Shown here: positions 37,758 to 47,195 of the stretch, in pieces
How positions within the stretch are numbered: position 1 is the stretch's first letter
Layout: each line of letters opens with the position of its first letter
Source of the DNA: Candidatus Babeliales bacterium
GTDB lineage: Bacteria; Babelota; Babeliae; Babelales; JANWKD01
Assembly (NCBI GenBank): GCA_963722075.1
Contig: CAVRJM010000001.1
Coordinates: forward strand, 224,001 to 288,000
Length of the DNA: 64,000 nt
Direction: 5' to 3'
The notes under the pieces: generated by a model
What the model was told of the DNA's origin: nothing
Databases searched by the model: none
Seen by the model: only the letters and a program-made list of their open reading frames with translations
Program-made: the position numbers and the translations under genes

Positions 37758-40406
37758 ATGAAACACAAATTAAAAAATAACCCCTTTGTACGCGGCCCTA
37801 AGAATCTTATTTTTGCGCTTATTTTTTTTGTAATTTCATTAGCATTGCTAACGAAATTAACCGATTATACCCGCCATGTTAAAAGTATTGCGTATTCTAC
37901 CTTCTTAAAGAATGTGGAACAGGGAACGGTAAAATCAGTCCATATTAGTGGGCAAGATGTGTATGGTATTTTACAAGACGGTACGCGCTTTGAAACGGTA
38001 GTTGCTGAAAGCCCAAGCAATTTAGAACTATTGCGCCAACATAATGTAGAATTTTCAGTAGCACCAACCACTGGCCAATTTAATATATGGCATCTGCTGT
38101 TGTTATTCTCTTTCTTGCTTGTACCCTTAATAGTTTGGTACTTTTTCAAACAATCACGCGGTGGTTCTGGCGGAGGAACTACGCTGTTTAGTATGGGTAA
38201 AAGTAAAGCGAAGATGTTTATGCCATCTACTATTAAAATAAATTTTAAGGCAGTTGCTGGTGCTAAAGATGCCAAAGAAGAGCTTAAAGACGTTGTTGAT
38301 TTTTTGAAAAATCCTGAAAAATACCGTCGATTAGGTGCAAAGATACCGCGCGGTGTTTTACTGGTGGGTGAACCGGGTAATGGTAAAACGCTCCTTGCTA
38401 AAGCGGTAGCAGGGGAAGCAAATTGCCCATTCTTTAGTATTACGGGTTCAGATTTTATTGAAGTTTTTGTTGGTGTGGGCGCAGCGCGTGTTCGCGATCT
38501 GTTTGCGCAAGCGCGTAAAAATGCACCGAGTATTATTTTTATTGATGAAATTGATGCCATTGGCCGTCAACGTGGCAGTGGTTTTGGCGGCGGCCATGAT
38601 GAGCGTGAGCAGACCCTTAATCAACTTCTGACTGAAATGGACGGCTTTGATACGGCAGGTTCTTCGGTGGTGGTGTTAGCTGCTACCAATATGCCAGACG
38701 TGCTTGATAAAGCATTATTGCGTCCAGGGCGTTTTGATCGCCGTGTGGATGTACCGTTTCCTGATGCTGAAAGCCGTGAACAAATTTTACGCATACATGC
38801 GCAACAAATTAAGCTTGATCCTGAAGCTGATCTTAAAAAGATTGCTGAAGTTACTGCCGGGTATAGTGGCGCTGATTTAGCAAATCTTATCAATAAAGCG
38901 GCTATTAATGCCTCTAAAAAGAACCAAGATAAGGTCATGATGGAAGATATCGAAGATGCGCATAAAACAATGCTGCAATCATATAATGGACCAGCATCAA
39001 GTGCTACACAAATGACTAAAGGCAATAGTAGTGCTAAAATGTTTATGCCATCGCAAGTTAAATGTAACTTTGAACACGTAGCGGGCATGCAAGAAGCAAA
39101 AGAAGAGTTGCGGGATGTTGTTGATTTCTTAAAAAATCCTGAAAAATTCAGACGCTTAGGGGCAAAAATTACTAAAGGGGTGCTGTTAATTGGTGAACCA
39201 GGTAATGGTAAAACCTTACTTGCTAAAGCCGTTGCTGGCGAGGCAAATTGCCCATTTTTTAACGTAAGTGCTTCTGAATTTGTAGAAATGTATGTTGGGG
39301 TGGGTGCTTCGCGGGTGCGTGATCTATTTAATCAGGCGCGTAAGCATAATCCAAGCATTATTTTTATTGATGAAATTGATGCGGTTGGCAGACATCGTGG
39401 ATCTGGCATTAATGGCGGCAATGATGAACGTAATCAGACGCTCAATCAATTGCTAACTGAAATGGATGGTTTTGATACATCGTTAAGTTCGGTGATTGTA
39501 ATAGCGGCAACAAACCGACCTGATTCCCTTGATCCAGCATTAATGCGGGCAGGGCGCTTTGATAGAAAGGTAGAAGTTCCGTACCCAGATCTTGCGAGCC
39601 GTGAAAAAATTCTTAATTTACATGCTCAAAAAATTATTATGGATCCAGTAATTGATTTACATAAGGTTGCCCGTGGCACGCCCGGGTTTTCTGGTGCAGA
39701 TTTGGCTCATTTAGTAAATGAATCGGCATTACTAGCTTCGCGAAATGGTGAAAAAACCATGGTTTCAATTCAAGATTTTGAAGAAGCGCGTGATAAAATT
39801 ATGATTGGAAAAGAGTTAAAAACAATCGTGTTATCTGAACAAGAGCGTAAAATAACGGCATTCCATGAATCAGGACATGCGTTAGTGCGCTTATTATTAC
39901 CAGAATATAGCGATCCATTACATAAGGTAACTATCGTACCGCGAGGACGTGCGTTAGGCGTTACCCATTCATTACCAGAACGAGAAAAATATACCCAAAC
40001 CAAGGAAGAGATGCTTACGGTGATTATGGTTTGCTTAGGTGGCCGTGTTGCTGAAGAAATGGTCTTTAATGTACTGGGGACCGGTGCGTATAATGATTTT
40101 GAAAAAGCTACTGAAGTTGCACGCCGCATGGTATGTTCTTATGGTATGTCTTCAGAATTAGGCCCGGTGGTTTATAAGCAACAAGAGGGCGAATATACCT
40201 ACTCTCAAAAAACAGCAGAACGCATTGATGCAGAGGTGCAAAAGCTGTTAGAGCAATCATATCAAAAGGTTAAAGAACTCTTGGGCCAACACAGGGATAA
40301 GCTTGAAAAGCTGGCCAATCATCTCTTTAATAAAGAGACGCTCTTTGCTCATGAAATCTATGAGTTGCTAGGAATTGAAGCGCGCCAAGACTTTAAACTT
40401 TCATAA
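37758..40406 (+). CDS. ftsH: FtsH ATP-dependent zinc metalloprotease with duplicated AAA domain
   Basis: Two TM, two copies of GEPGNGKT / IIFIDEIDA / RxGRFDR, HESGH protease motif. Confidence 0.96.
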   Translation: MKHKLKNNPFVRGPKNLIFALIFFVISLALLTKLTDYTRHVKSIAYSTFLKNVEQGTVKSVHISGQDVYGILQDGTRFETVVAESPSNLELLRQHNVEFSVAPTTGQFNIWHLLLLFSFLLVPLIVWYFFKQSRGGSGGGTTLFSMGKSKAKMFMPSTIKINFKAVAGAKDAKEELKDVVDFLKNPEKYRRLGAKIPRGVLLVGEPGNGKTLLAKAVAGEANCPFFSITGSDFIEVFVGVGAARVRDLFAQARKNAPSIIFIDEIDAIGRQRGSGFGGGHDEREQTLNQLLTEMDGFDTAGSSVVVLAATNMPDVLDKALLRPGRFDRRVDVPFPDAESREQILRIHAQQIKLDPEADLKKIAEVTAGYSGADLANLINKAAINASKKNQDKVMMEDIEDAHKTMLQSYNGPASSATQMTKGNSSAKMFMPSQVKCNFEHVAGMQEAKEELRDVVDFLKNPEKFRRLGAKITKGVLLIGEPGNGKTLLAKAVAGEANCPFFNVSASEFVEMYVGVGASRVRDLFNQARKHNPSIIFIDEIDAVGRHRGSGINGGNDERNQTLNQLLTEMDGFDTSLSSVIVIAATNRPDSLDPALMRAGRFDRKVEVPYPDLASREKILNLHAQKIIMDPVIDLHKVARGTPGFSGADLAHLVNESALLASRNGEKTMVSIQDFEEARDKIMIGKELKTIVLSEQERKITAFHESGHALVRLLLPEYSDPLHKVTIVPRGRALGVTHSLPEREKYTQTKEEMLTVIMVCLGGRVAEEMVFNVLGTGAYNDFEKATEVARRMVCSYGMSSELGPVVYKQQEGEYTYSQKTAERIDAEVQKLLEQSYQKVKELLGQHRDKLEKLANHLFNKETLFAHEIYELLGIEARQDFKLS

Positions 40407-40487
40407 TGTTTCATTTTGAAAAAAGAGTTTTTTTAAGATATACTACTAGATTATTATGGTATTAGAGAAAGGATTCTAAGGATACTC

Positions 40488-40691
40488 ATGTCAAGAATTT
40501 GTTATGTTTGTAACAAGCGGCCACAAGTAGGTAACCTGGTAAGCCATGCACGAAACAGGGTTAAACGTTGGATTTACCCAAATGTTCATAAAATGTGCTT
40601 TATTTTGGCTAGCTCAGGTAATCGTAATGTTATACGTGGAGCTGTATGTGCAAAATGTGTTAAATCAGGTAAAGTTGAAAAAGTCGTTTAA
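40488..40691 (+). CDS. rpmB: 50S ribosomal protein L28 (Zn-binding type)
   Basis: MSRICYVCNK...GNLVSHA...KRWIYPNV...CAKC. Confidence 0.95.
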   Translation: MSRICYVCNKRPQVGNLVSHARNRVKRWIYPNVHKMCFILASSGNRNVIRGAVCAKCVKSGKVEKVV

Positions 40692-40709
40692 AAATAAGGT
40701 TATTATATA

Positions 40710-40988
40710 ATGGCAAATACTAAATCAGCCAAAAGACAAGCAAAAAAGAATATCGTTAAAGCTAAAAAAAATCTTGCTCGCCGTACTGCTATTAAAACGG
40801 CTATGAAAAAAGTATTAGCAGCAGTTGAAGAAGGTCTTGATGCAGCACAGGTAAAAGAGTTATTACGATCAGCTGAATCAAAACTTGCACGTGCTAAAAG
40901 CAAAAACACGTTGCATCCTAAAACAGCATCACGTAAAGTAAGTCGTCTTGCTAAGCGTGTATCATCTGCACAAAGAGCTCAACAATAA
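40710..40988 (+). CDS. rpsT: 30S ribosomal protein S20
   Basis: MANTKSAKRQ...LHPKTASRKVSRL. Confidence 0.96.
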   Translation: MANTKSAKRQAKKNIVKAKKNLARRTAIKTAMKKVLAAVEEGLDAAQVKELLRSAESKLARAKSKNTLHPKTASRKVSRLAKRVSSAQRAQQ

Positions 40989-41016
40989 AAAAAGGCATTT
41001 TCATAATGCCTTTTTT
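40987..41016. terminator. Bidirectional intrinsic terminator
   Basis: AAAAAAAGGCATT-ttcat-AATGCCTTTTTT between convergent genes. Confidence 0.8.
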
Positions 41017-41734
41017 ATTTTGTTTGATTATTTTTTAGTTCCAATAATCTCTTATAATTTGTTACTAGTTTTCTAACGTTATCTATTTGTTTTTCTAGCT
41101 CTTCAAATTTTTTCCAGATAGTATTAGTTAGTTCATTTCTCGTACTATCTTTATCTTCTAAGTCTTCTATTCGTTCAGCTTGATCATTATTGATTTTTTC
41201 ATATTTAATTAAATAATCTTCTAAAGCATTTGTCTTTTCAATAAGCATTGCAATCTGGCTTGGACGAGTTGCTTTTTGTGGTTTTTCTATATCGCTTTTA
41301 TCGATGCCTATTATTAATTCTATATTAGTAACGCGCCGTGTTAATTGCTTTAATAAATTTTGCGTTTCACTCATTTGCGAGAAGGATGCTCGTGGTGATT
41401 CTGTTAGCTTATTAGGTTGCGATGAAGCAATGTGATCTAATAAGCTTTTATAGTGCTGTCCATTATTATAATACGCATAATAGATGCCCCATCCAAAAGC
41501 GCATAAAATAGGATATTTTATTAAACTGGGAATGGTATGCCAGCAATTCTTTACTAATTCATAGGCATTTAATGTTTCAGTTTTATTAAAATAAGAATAG
41601 ATTCCAAGTCCCATAATACCACCACTTAATAATGAATAAGGATGCGATATGGTATTTTTTAATTTTTGAAAAGGCTTAGTGGAACCTATATGCAGTAATA
41701 AGCACAGTGAGAAAATGATTTGTTTATTGATCAT
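41015..41734 (-). CDS. Exported protein with two hydrophobic segments and a C-terminal coiled coil
   Basis: Signal, GIMGLGIYSYF, ILCAFGWGIYYAY, heptad-rich C-terminus. Confidence 0.72.
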   Translation of the reverse strand: MINKQIIFSLCLLLHIGSTKPFQKLKNTISHPYSLLSGGIMGLGIYSYFNKTETLNAYELVKNCWHTIPSLIKYPILCAFGWGIYYAYYNNGQHYKSLLDHIASSQPNKLTESPRASFSQMSETQNLLKQLTRRVTNIELIIGIDKSDIEKPQKATRPSQIAMLIEKTNALEDYLIKYEKINNDQAERIEDLEDKDSTRNELTNTIWKKFEELEKQIDNVRKLVTNYKRLLELKNNQTK

Positions 41735-42339
41735 TGTTGTGATGATTCGCTGTTCATAATAAAGGAAAGACTCATTCTATCCTGATTTTGATGCTCAGGA
41801 TAGTTTTGTTTATATAGTTGATAATATGTATAAAGTGATTGCTTGATATCAGGAGTTAATGGTGGTTGAGATGGCGTTTTTATTATAGTTAATATGGTAT
41901 TAAAAAGTGAACGAACGGCAAATGGATCCTGAGCATCTAAATGCAGGCTGATTAATTTTAGATAGGTATTAATCTGTAAATTATAAAAATGCGTTTGGTA
42001 TATTTCTCTATAGTGTGCTATTTCATGTGGAGTGGAAAATTCATACGGTATTACTTTGAAAGTAAGTAATCGGTTCAAGTGTTCAATTTCTTCTAATAAC
42101 AAATCCTTAATTCCAGTGAGTTTATTATTGGTTGGATGCAAATTATAACTATGACAGATTTGTAGATATTCCCTTTCAAAATCTCCTATTTTTTGCATAT
42201 GAGGCTTAGCCTGCTTTTTATAATACACTCTTCCGCTATTAGAACCAAATTTATCTTCTTGGTTATCCTCTTGATCAGGATTCATAGCTTGCATCGATAT
42301 CATTGCCGTAATGATTAAAAAAAAAGTAGCATATTTCAT
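41731..42339 (-). CDS. Hypothetical secreted protein
   Basis: Signal MQA|MNP; C-terminal RMSLSFIMN. Confidence 0.75.
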   Translation of the reverse strand: MKYATFFLIITAMISMQAMNPDQEDNQEDKFGSNSGRVYYKKQAKPHMQKIGDFEREYLQICHSYNLHPTNNKLTGIKDLLLEEIEHLNRLLTFKVIPYEFSTPHEIAHYREIYQTHFYNLQINTYLKLISLHLDAQDPFAVRSLFNTILTIIKTPSQPPLTPDIKQSLYTYYQLYKQNYPEHQNQDRMSLSFIMNSESSQQ

Positions 42340-42527
42340 GTGATTTCCCCCGGTAAATTAAATACTTATATAATAGTAATAATGGCATAAATTTAGATTA
42401 AAATTCAATTAATTAAATTTTCTTGTAAGATTTATAATGTTATAAACTTTTACAAGAAATTATATTTATTTTACACTAGAAGTAAATACGATTTATTCAA
42501 AAAAATCTTTAAAAAACGAATCAATTA

Positions 42528-44354
42528 ATGGATTTAAAAAAAATAAAACTCAGTGAAATAAAACCTGAACAAATTAGAAATTTCTCAATTATTGCGCATA
42601 TTGATCATGGCAAATCTACCCTTGCGGATCGGTTACTGGAAACTACTGGTACCTTATCAGAGCGAAAACGGCATGAGCAATTTTTAGATAAATTACAAGT
42701 TGAAAAAGAGCGGGGCATAACGGTTAAGGCCCAAACAGCGTCCATGTTTTATGAATATAAAGGCCAATTATACCTGCTTAACTTAATCGATACCCCCGGG
42801 CATGTTGATTTTAGTTACGAAGTTTCTCGCTCATTATATGCATGCCAAGGAGCATTGTTATTAGTTGATGCAGCCCAGGGTGTGCAAGCACAAACTATGG
42901 CCAATTTTTTCCTTGCTTTTGATCAAGATCTCACTATTGTGCCCGTTATTAATAAAATTGATATGGCAGCAGCAAATCCTGCTTTAGTAGCGCAAGAATT
43001 GAAACATCTTTTTGATATAGCTGAGAGCGAAAATATTCTAGCATCTGCTAAAAATGGCATTGGCATCGATGCTATTTTAGAGGCTATTATAACCCGTATT
43101 CCGGGACCGCGTTCAGATACTGAACAACCCCTTAAAGCGCTCTTATTTGATTCGTGGTTCAATGAATATAAGGGGGTTATTTGTTTGATTGCCATAAAAG
43201 ATGGCAGTCTTAAAATAGGAGACTCAATTACGTTAGCGCAAACAGGCCAAACATACGAAGTGCTTGAGATTGGCTTAATGTATCCTGATGAATCACCCAT
43301 GGATGCGCTGTATGCTGGTCAAGTTGGCTATTTAGTTGCCGGTATGAAGACCGTAAAAGAAGCGCGCGTAGGCGATACCATATTCCATACTAAAAAAGAA
43401 GTGGTTCCATTTCCTGGTTTTAAACCATCAAAGCCGATGGTGTTTGCAGCAATTTACCCGGTTGATAGCTCTGAATTTGACTTACTTAAAGATGCAATTG
43501 AGAAATTAACGTTAAATGACGCGAGTGTAACGGTTGAAAAAACAACGTCAGTAGCATTGGGGCTTGGATTTCGATGCGGATTCTTGGGCCTATTGCATAT
43601 GGATGTTTTTAAGCAACGTCTTGAACAAGAATATAATGTTACTGCTATTGTTACTTCCCCTTCGGTGCGTTATAGAGTGAAGTTAAAATACAGTAATGAG
43701 ATTATTGATATTGAAAACCCAACTGATTTTCCTGAGCCGCAAAAAATTGAAGAGATTTTAGAACCGATTATTAATGCCACGATTATTGTTCCTAAAAAAT
43801 ATTTAGGCAATATTATGAACTTATGCCAAGAACGGCGCGGTCAGCAAAAAGATATGACCTATTTGACTGAGGATCGATTAATTCTTAAATATGTATTGCC
43901 ACTTAATGAAGTAGCTACCAATTTTTATGATGAATTAAAATCCTTGAGTTCTGGTTATGCGAGCTTTGACTATGAAGAAGCGGGCTATCAGGTATCTGAT
44001 TTAGTTAAAATGGATATTTTACTTGGTGGCCGTCCGGTGGATGCATTATCAGTAATTGTACATACTGATAATGCTTATTACCTTGGACGCGATATGGTGC
44101 AACGATTGAAAAAAGTTATCCCACGGCAATTATTTGAAGTTATTATTCAAGCAGCTTTAGGTTCTAAAATAATCGCACGAGAATCAATTTCTGCATTACG
44201 AAAAGACGTTATTGCTAAATGTTATGGTGGCGATATTACGCGTAAGAAAAAATTGTTAGAGAAACAAAAAGAAGGTAAAAAGCGCATGAAGCAAGTCGGT
44301 AATGTTGAATTACCCCAAGAAGCCTTTTTAGCTTTTGTAAAACGAACAGAATAG
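42528..44354 (+). CDS. lepA: Translation factor EF4/LepA (GUF1-like)
   Basis: IRNFSIIAHIDHGKSTLADRL, DTPGHVDF, KCYGGDITRKKKLLEKQKEGKKRMK. Confidence 0.98.
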   Translation: MDLKKIKLSEIKPEQIRNFSIIAHIDHGKSTLADRLLETTGTLSERKRHEQFLDKLQVEKERGITVKAQTASMFYEYKGQLYLLNLIDTPGHVDFSYEVSRSLYACQGALLLVDAAQGVQAQTMANFFLAFDQDLTIVPVINKIDMAAANPALVAQELKHLFDIAESENILASAKNGIGIDAILEAIITRIPGPRSDTEQPLKALLFDSWFNEYKGVICLIAIKDGSLKIGDSITLAQTGQTYEVLEIGLMYPDESPMDALYAGQVGYLVAGMKTVKEARVGDTIFHTKKEVVPFPGFKPSKPMVFAAIYPVDSSEFDLLKDAIEKLTLNDASVTVEKTTSVALGLGFRCGFLGLLHMDVFKQRLEQEYNVTAIVTSPSVRYRVKLKYSNEIIDIENPTDFPEPQKIEEILEPIINATIIVPKKYLGNIMNLCQERRGQQKDMTYLTEDRLILKYVLPLNEVATNFYDELKSLSSGYASFDYEEAGYQVSDLVKMDILLGGRPVDALSVIVHTDNAYYLGRDMVQRLKKVIPRQLFEVIIQAALGSKIIARESISALRKDVIAKCYGGDITRKKKLLEKQKEGKKRMKQVGNVELPQEAFLAFVKRTE

Positions 44355-44460
44355 TTGATTTCTTATGGTATCTTTTTGATAGTAATAATGAATTCAAGGG
44401 TTGCTGCTTAGATAAAAATTCTTGGATTTATGATAACCGGACATTATAGATAAGGAACAT

Positions 44461-45552
44461 ATGAATAAATCAGAAAATAACAAAGAGCAATCACATCTTT
44501 TTTCTGGCAACATTTTCATTTTTCAGGCATTTGATATTGGGGAAGATATAAACTTAGAGAAAGTTCGTCAATCCGAAAATGTGTTAGTACGGCCATTAAC
44601 CTTATCAAAATATTTTAAAAATTATCATACGCCGCTTCCTATTGATTTACCGCATCCGCATGAAAGCTCTAAATTTATTAGCAGTAATTTACACAGCTTT
44701 GGGGTGATTTCATTAGCCTATAAAGTTCCGTTTCATGATACTCTAGAAAATTTGCGCAAAAAATTAATTACTATTGATGGAGAGTTTCAAGAACAAGGCG
44801 TTATTGATGCTAGTTCTATTTTTAAAGTAATAAAAAAATATGTAAAACATGAACGTTTTTTCCATTTACGCACCTCGTATGTGGTAATTCAAGTTGACCC
44901 GCGTCCGGATGCAATTTCAGTGGTTGGATTTAAAGATAGGTATGGCAGCTTTATTGCCTCACTAGTACGTTTTGAAACTGAAAGTTTAAGTGAATATCAA
45001 AAAGGTGAAATTCTTGATTCGGCATTAGGATATTATCGCGAAGATCTTTTTATCATCGATACCCAAGCAGCATTTGTGTATGATGATGAATATGAAGATA
45101 TTTTAGATCTCTTTGAATTTGCTAATATACAGCAACTAGAATTACAGTATTTTGATCGTATGCTTGATCAGCAACTTAATGTGGTATACCAACGCGAAGT
45201 GCGCACACTGCCGCTCAAAGCATATATTCCATTAATTGGCTCATTGCCGCGTGATTTGATTGGCTCATTGGGCATTTTAAAAGTAGAAATTTCGGTGATT
45301 ATTGAGCGTCTTGAAAGTAGTATTAAAATTGCCGGCGAAGAATTCATTTCAGAATTATACTCGGTATTAGTGGATAAATTAGATTTAAAAAATTGGAAAG
45401 AATCGATTAATACTAAATTAGAAATTATTAAGGATATGAACTCCTTTCACCAAAATAAAGTTGATTCAATTCGTGAAGATTTCTTATCGATTCTGATTAT
45501 TGTGTTAATTTTTATTGAATTAGTGGTTGGTATTTTAAGTTATTTAAAATAA
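44461..45552 (+). CDS. Conserved hypothetical protein with C-terminal TM (possibly RMD1/DUF155-like)
   Basis: AFDIGEDINL, FGVISL, EFANIQQLELQYFD, terminal LSILIIVLIFIEL helix; family call is tentative. Confidence 0.6.
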   Translation: MNKSENNKEQSHLFSGNIFIFQAFDIGEDINLEKVRQSENVLVRPLTLSKYFKNYHTPLPIDLPHPHESSKFISSNLHSFGVISLAYKVPFHDTLENLRKKLITIDGEFQEQGVIDASSIFKVIKKYVKHERFFHLRTSYVVIQVDPRPDAISVVGFKDRYGSFIASLVRFETESLSEYQKGEILDSALGYYREDLFIIDTQAAFVYDDEYEDILDLFEFANIQQLELQYFDRMLDQQLNVVYQREVRTLPLKAYIPLIGSLPRDLIGSLGILKVEISVIIERLESSIKIAGEEFISELYSVLVDKLDLKNWKESINTKLEIIKDMNSFHQNKVDSIREDFLSILIIVLIFIELVVGILSYLK

Positions 45553-45559
45553 GGGATTT

Positions 45560-45820
45560 ATGAAAAAGTTATTTGCGATGACATTTTTAGCGACGTTTTC
45601 TTTGAGTGCTATGAATAAAAGTGAGGAAAAACAAGTATTAAATGTTGCAGTAGTTGCTGCTCAGAGTAATATTCGACCGGCACAGCATTCATTTCTTCCC
45701 GTTCGGCCACCATTTCAAAAAGCACCTCTTGATGGTGTTAATCCGCGTGAAGATCAATCACATTTGTTTTTATCTAAAAAAACGAAGCAAGAGAATAATC
45801 AAAAAAACACTGATTCGTAA
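45560..45820 (+). CDS. Small secreted protein
   Basis: MKK signal LSA|MNK; AAGGG RBS. Confidence 0.65.
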   Translation: MKKLFAMTFLATFSLSAMNKSEEKQVLNVAVVAAQSNIRPAQHSFLPVRPPFQKAPLDGVNPREDQSHLFLSKKTKQENNQKNTDS

Positions 45821-45896
45821 ATTAATTAAGACGGCGATACTTTTAGGGTTTCAAGGTATTTTACTCCAAGCTGAAGAACATTGAAGTTAAGAGGTC

Positions 45897-46447
45897 GTCG
45901 TTGCGAGCCTGCGAAGCAATCCAGGCTATTGAATCTAATCTGAATTCTTCAAGTAAGGTATTTTTCTCGCCAAAAATACCTTACCTAAAAAAGCGCCACC
46001 ATGCTGGTGGATCCGTCTACGCTTATCCACGCCTTCCGGCTTGGCATCCAGCCGTCGCTCTTTGAGCTATGGCGGAGTAAACAGCTACGCCGGACAAGTC
46101 TGCACTATCACTCGTGTATGCACCACACGTGATTAATGCTATGCATTAACCCTTCGGGTGCACGACGCATTACCGGACTTTAATTTATTCAACTATTCCA
46201 CTTTTGATCTAATCCATAAAGAAAAAATAGCAATTACGATAATACCGTCATTCCGTTCTATCGTTGCAAGGTGTGGCGGAATAAAGCGCGTTCCTCGTCG
46301 AAAGTAAAGCTTCGACGGATAGGGAACTACTTCAGCCGTAGCTGGTAAAGCGAAGGCTGGAAACAATGGATAAAATCAAATGGCCTTGAAGCAAAACCGT
46401 TGAAGGGTCTGAAGCACATCGTTAGATGTGCGAGGGCCCGCCTTTTT
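45897..46447. repeat. Highly structured intergenic region with family A and family B palindromes
   Basis: Family A arm 45897..45924; inverted copy of 35171..35223 at 46008..46095 with an internal insertion; several further hairpins. Confidence 0.75.
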
Positions 46448-46585
46448 TGCGATAGAGAGATAAATAAGAGACCCTCTCTTATTTGCCCTTGTATTGAAAA
46501 TATTGGGCAAGCAATATTTTCATACCCGGCCGGTATTAGGCCAATAGAAAAATATGATTTTTTATGTGAATAGTTTAAAAAGCAA

Positions 46586-47068
46586 TTACTGAGCAATGCT
46601 AACGCGCGCGGGGCGTAATAACTGGCCTTTAAATAAATACCCATTTTGCAATACTGCTACAATATGACCAGCAGTAAGAGGCGATTGCACGGTCATTATC
46701 GATTCATGTAATTCCGGATTTAATTCGTCATTTGACGAAACTTTTATCGTTTCAATGCCAACTTTTTCTAGATATTTCTGTAACTCTTTATGAACTAATT
46801 GGAATCCTTTAAACCAAACTGCATCAGATTCATTTTTTGGGGTATGTTGTTCAATAGCACGATTAAAATCATCAACAAAATTAAGAAGCGGCAGCAATAG
46901 TTCCATTTGTGCTACACGCGACCATTGCTGGCGTTCTTTTTCTTGTCTTTTTTTAAAATTATCAAAATCCGCAACAAGATGCGTATATTTTGTTTTTATT
47001 TCCATTAATTGGGTCTGGCACTGATGCAATTCACCAGTATTTTGTTCTTCGTGATGCGCCTTATCCAT
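46586..47068 (-). CDS. grpE: Nucleotide exchange factor GrpE
   Basis: ADFDNFKKRQEKE, VDDFNRA, NPELHES, LQNGY...LLRPARVSI. Confidence 0.95.
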   Translation of the reverse strand: MDKAHHEEQNTGELHQCQTQLMEIKTKYTHLVADFDNFKKRQEKERQQWSRVAQMELLLPLLNFVDDFNRAIEQHTPKNESDAVWFKGFQLVHKELQKYLEKVGIETIKVSSNDELNPELHESIMTVQSPLTAGHIVAVLQNGYLFKGQLLRPARVSIAQ

Positions 47069-47195
47069 GATTTTAACCTTTATGAACTTATGGTAATAGT
47101 TTATAGTATAAAACATTATACCATAATGATTATAACTAACAAGACGCATTAATTGACCTACGAGCTTTGAGTGGTAAATTTGAAAATAGGAAATT

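Noticed and set aside
37865..40129. Long antisense ORFs (231, 155 and 119 aa) within ftsH
   Set aside because: Typical shadow ORFs opposite a conserved gene
46165..46185. AAAGTCCGG on the minus strand resembling the RNase P GAGGAAAGTCC motif
   Set aside because: The preceding GAGG and the other conserved RNase P motifs were not found; kept only as an unassigned structured region
46327..46644. 105-aa minus-strand ORF
   Set aside because: Overlaps the grpE 3' end and repeat-rich structured DNA; probably spurious
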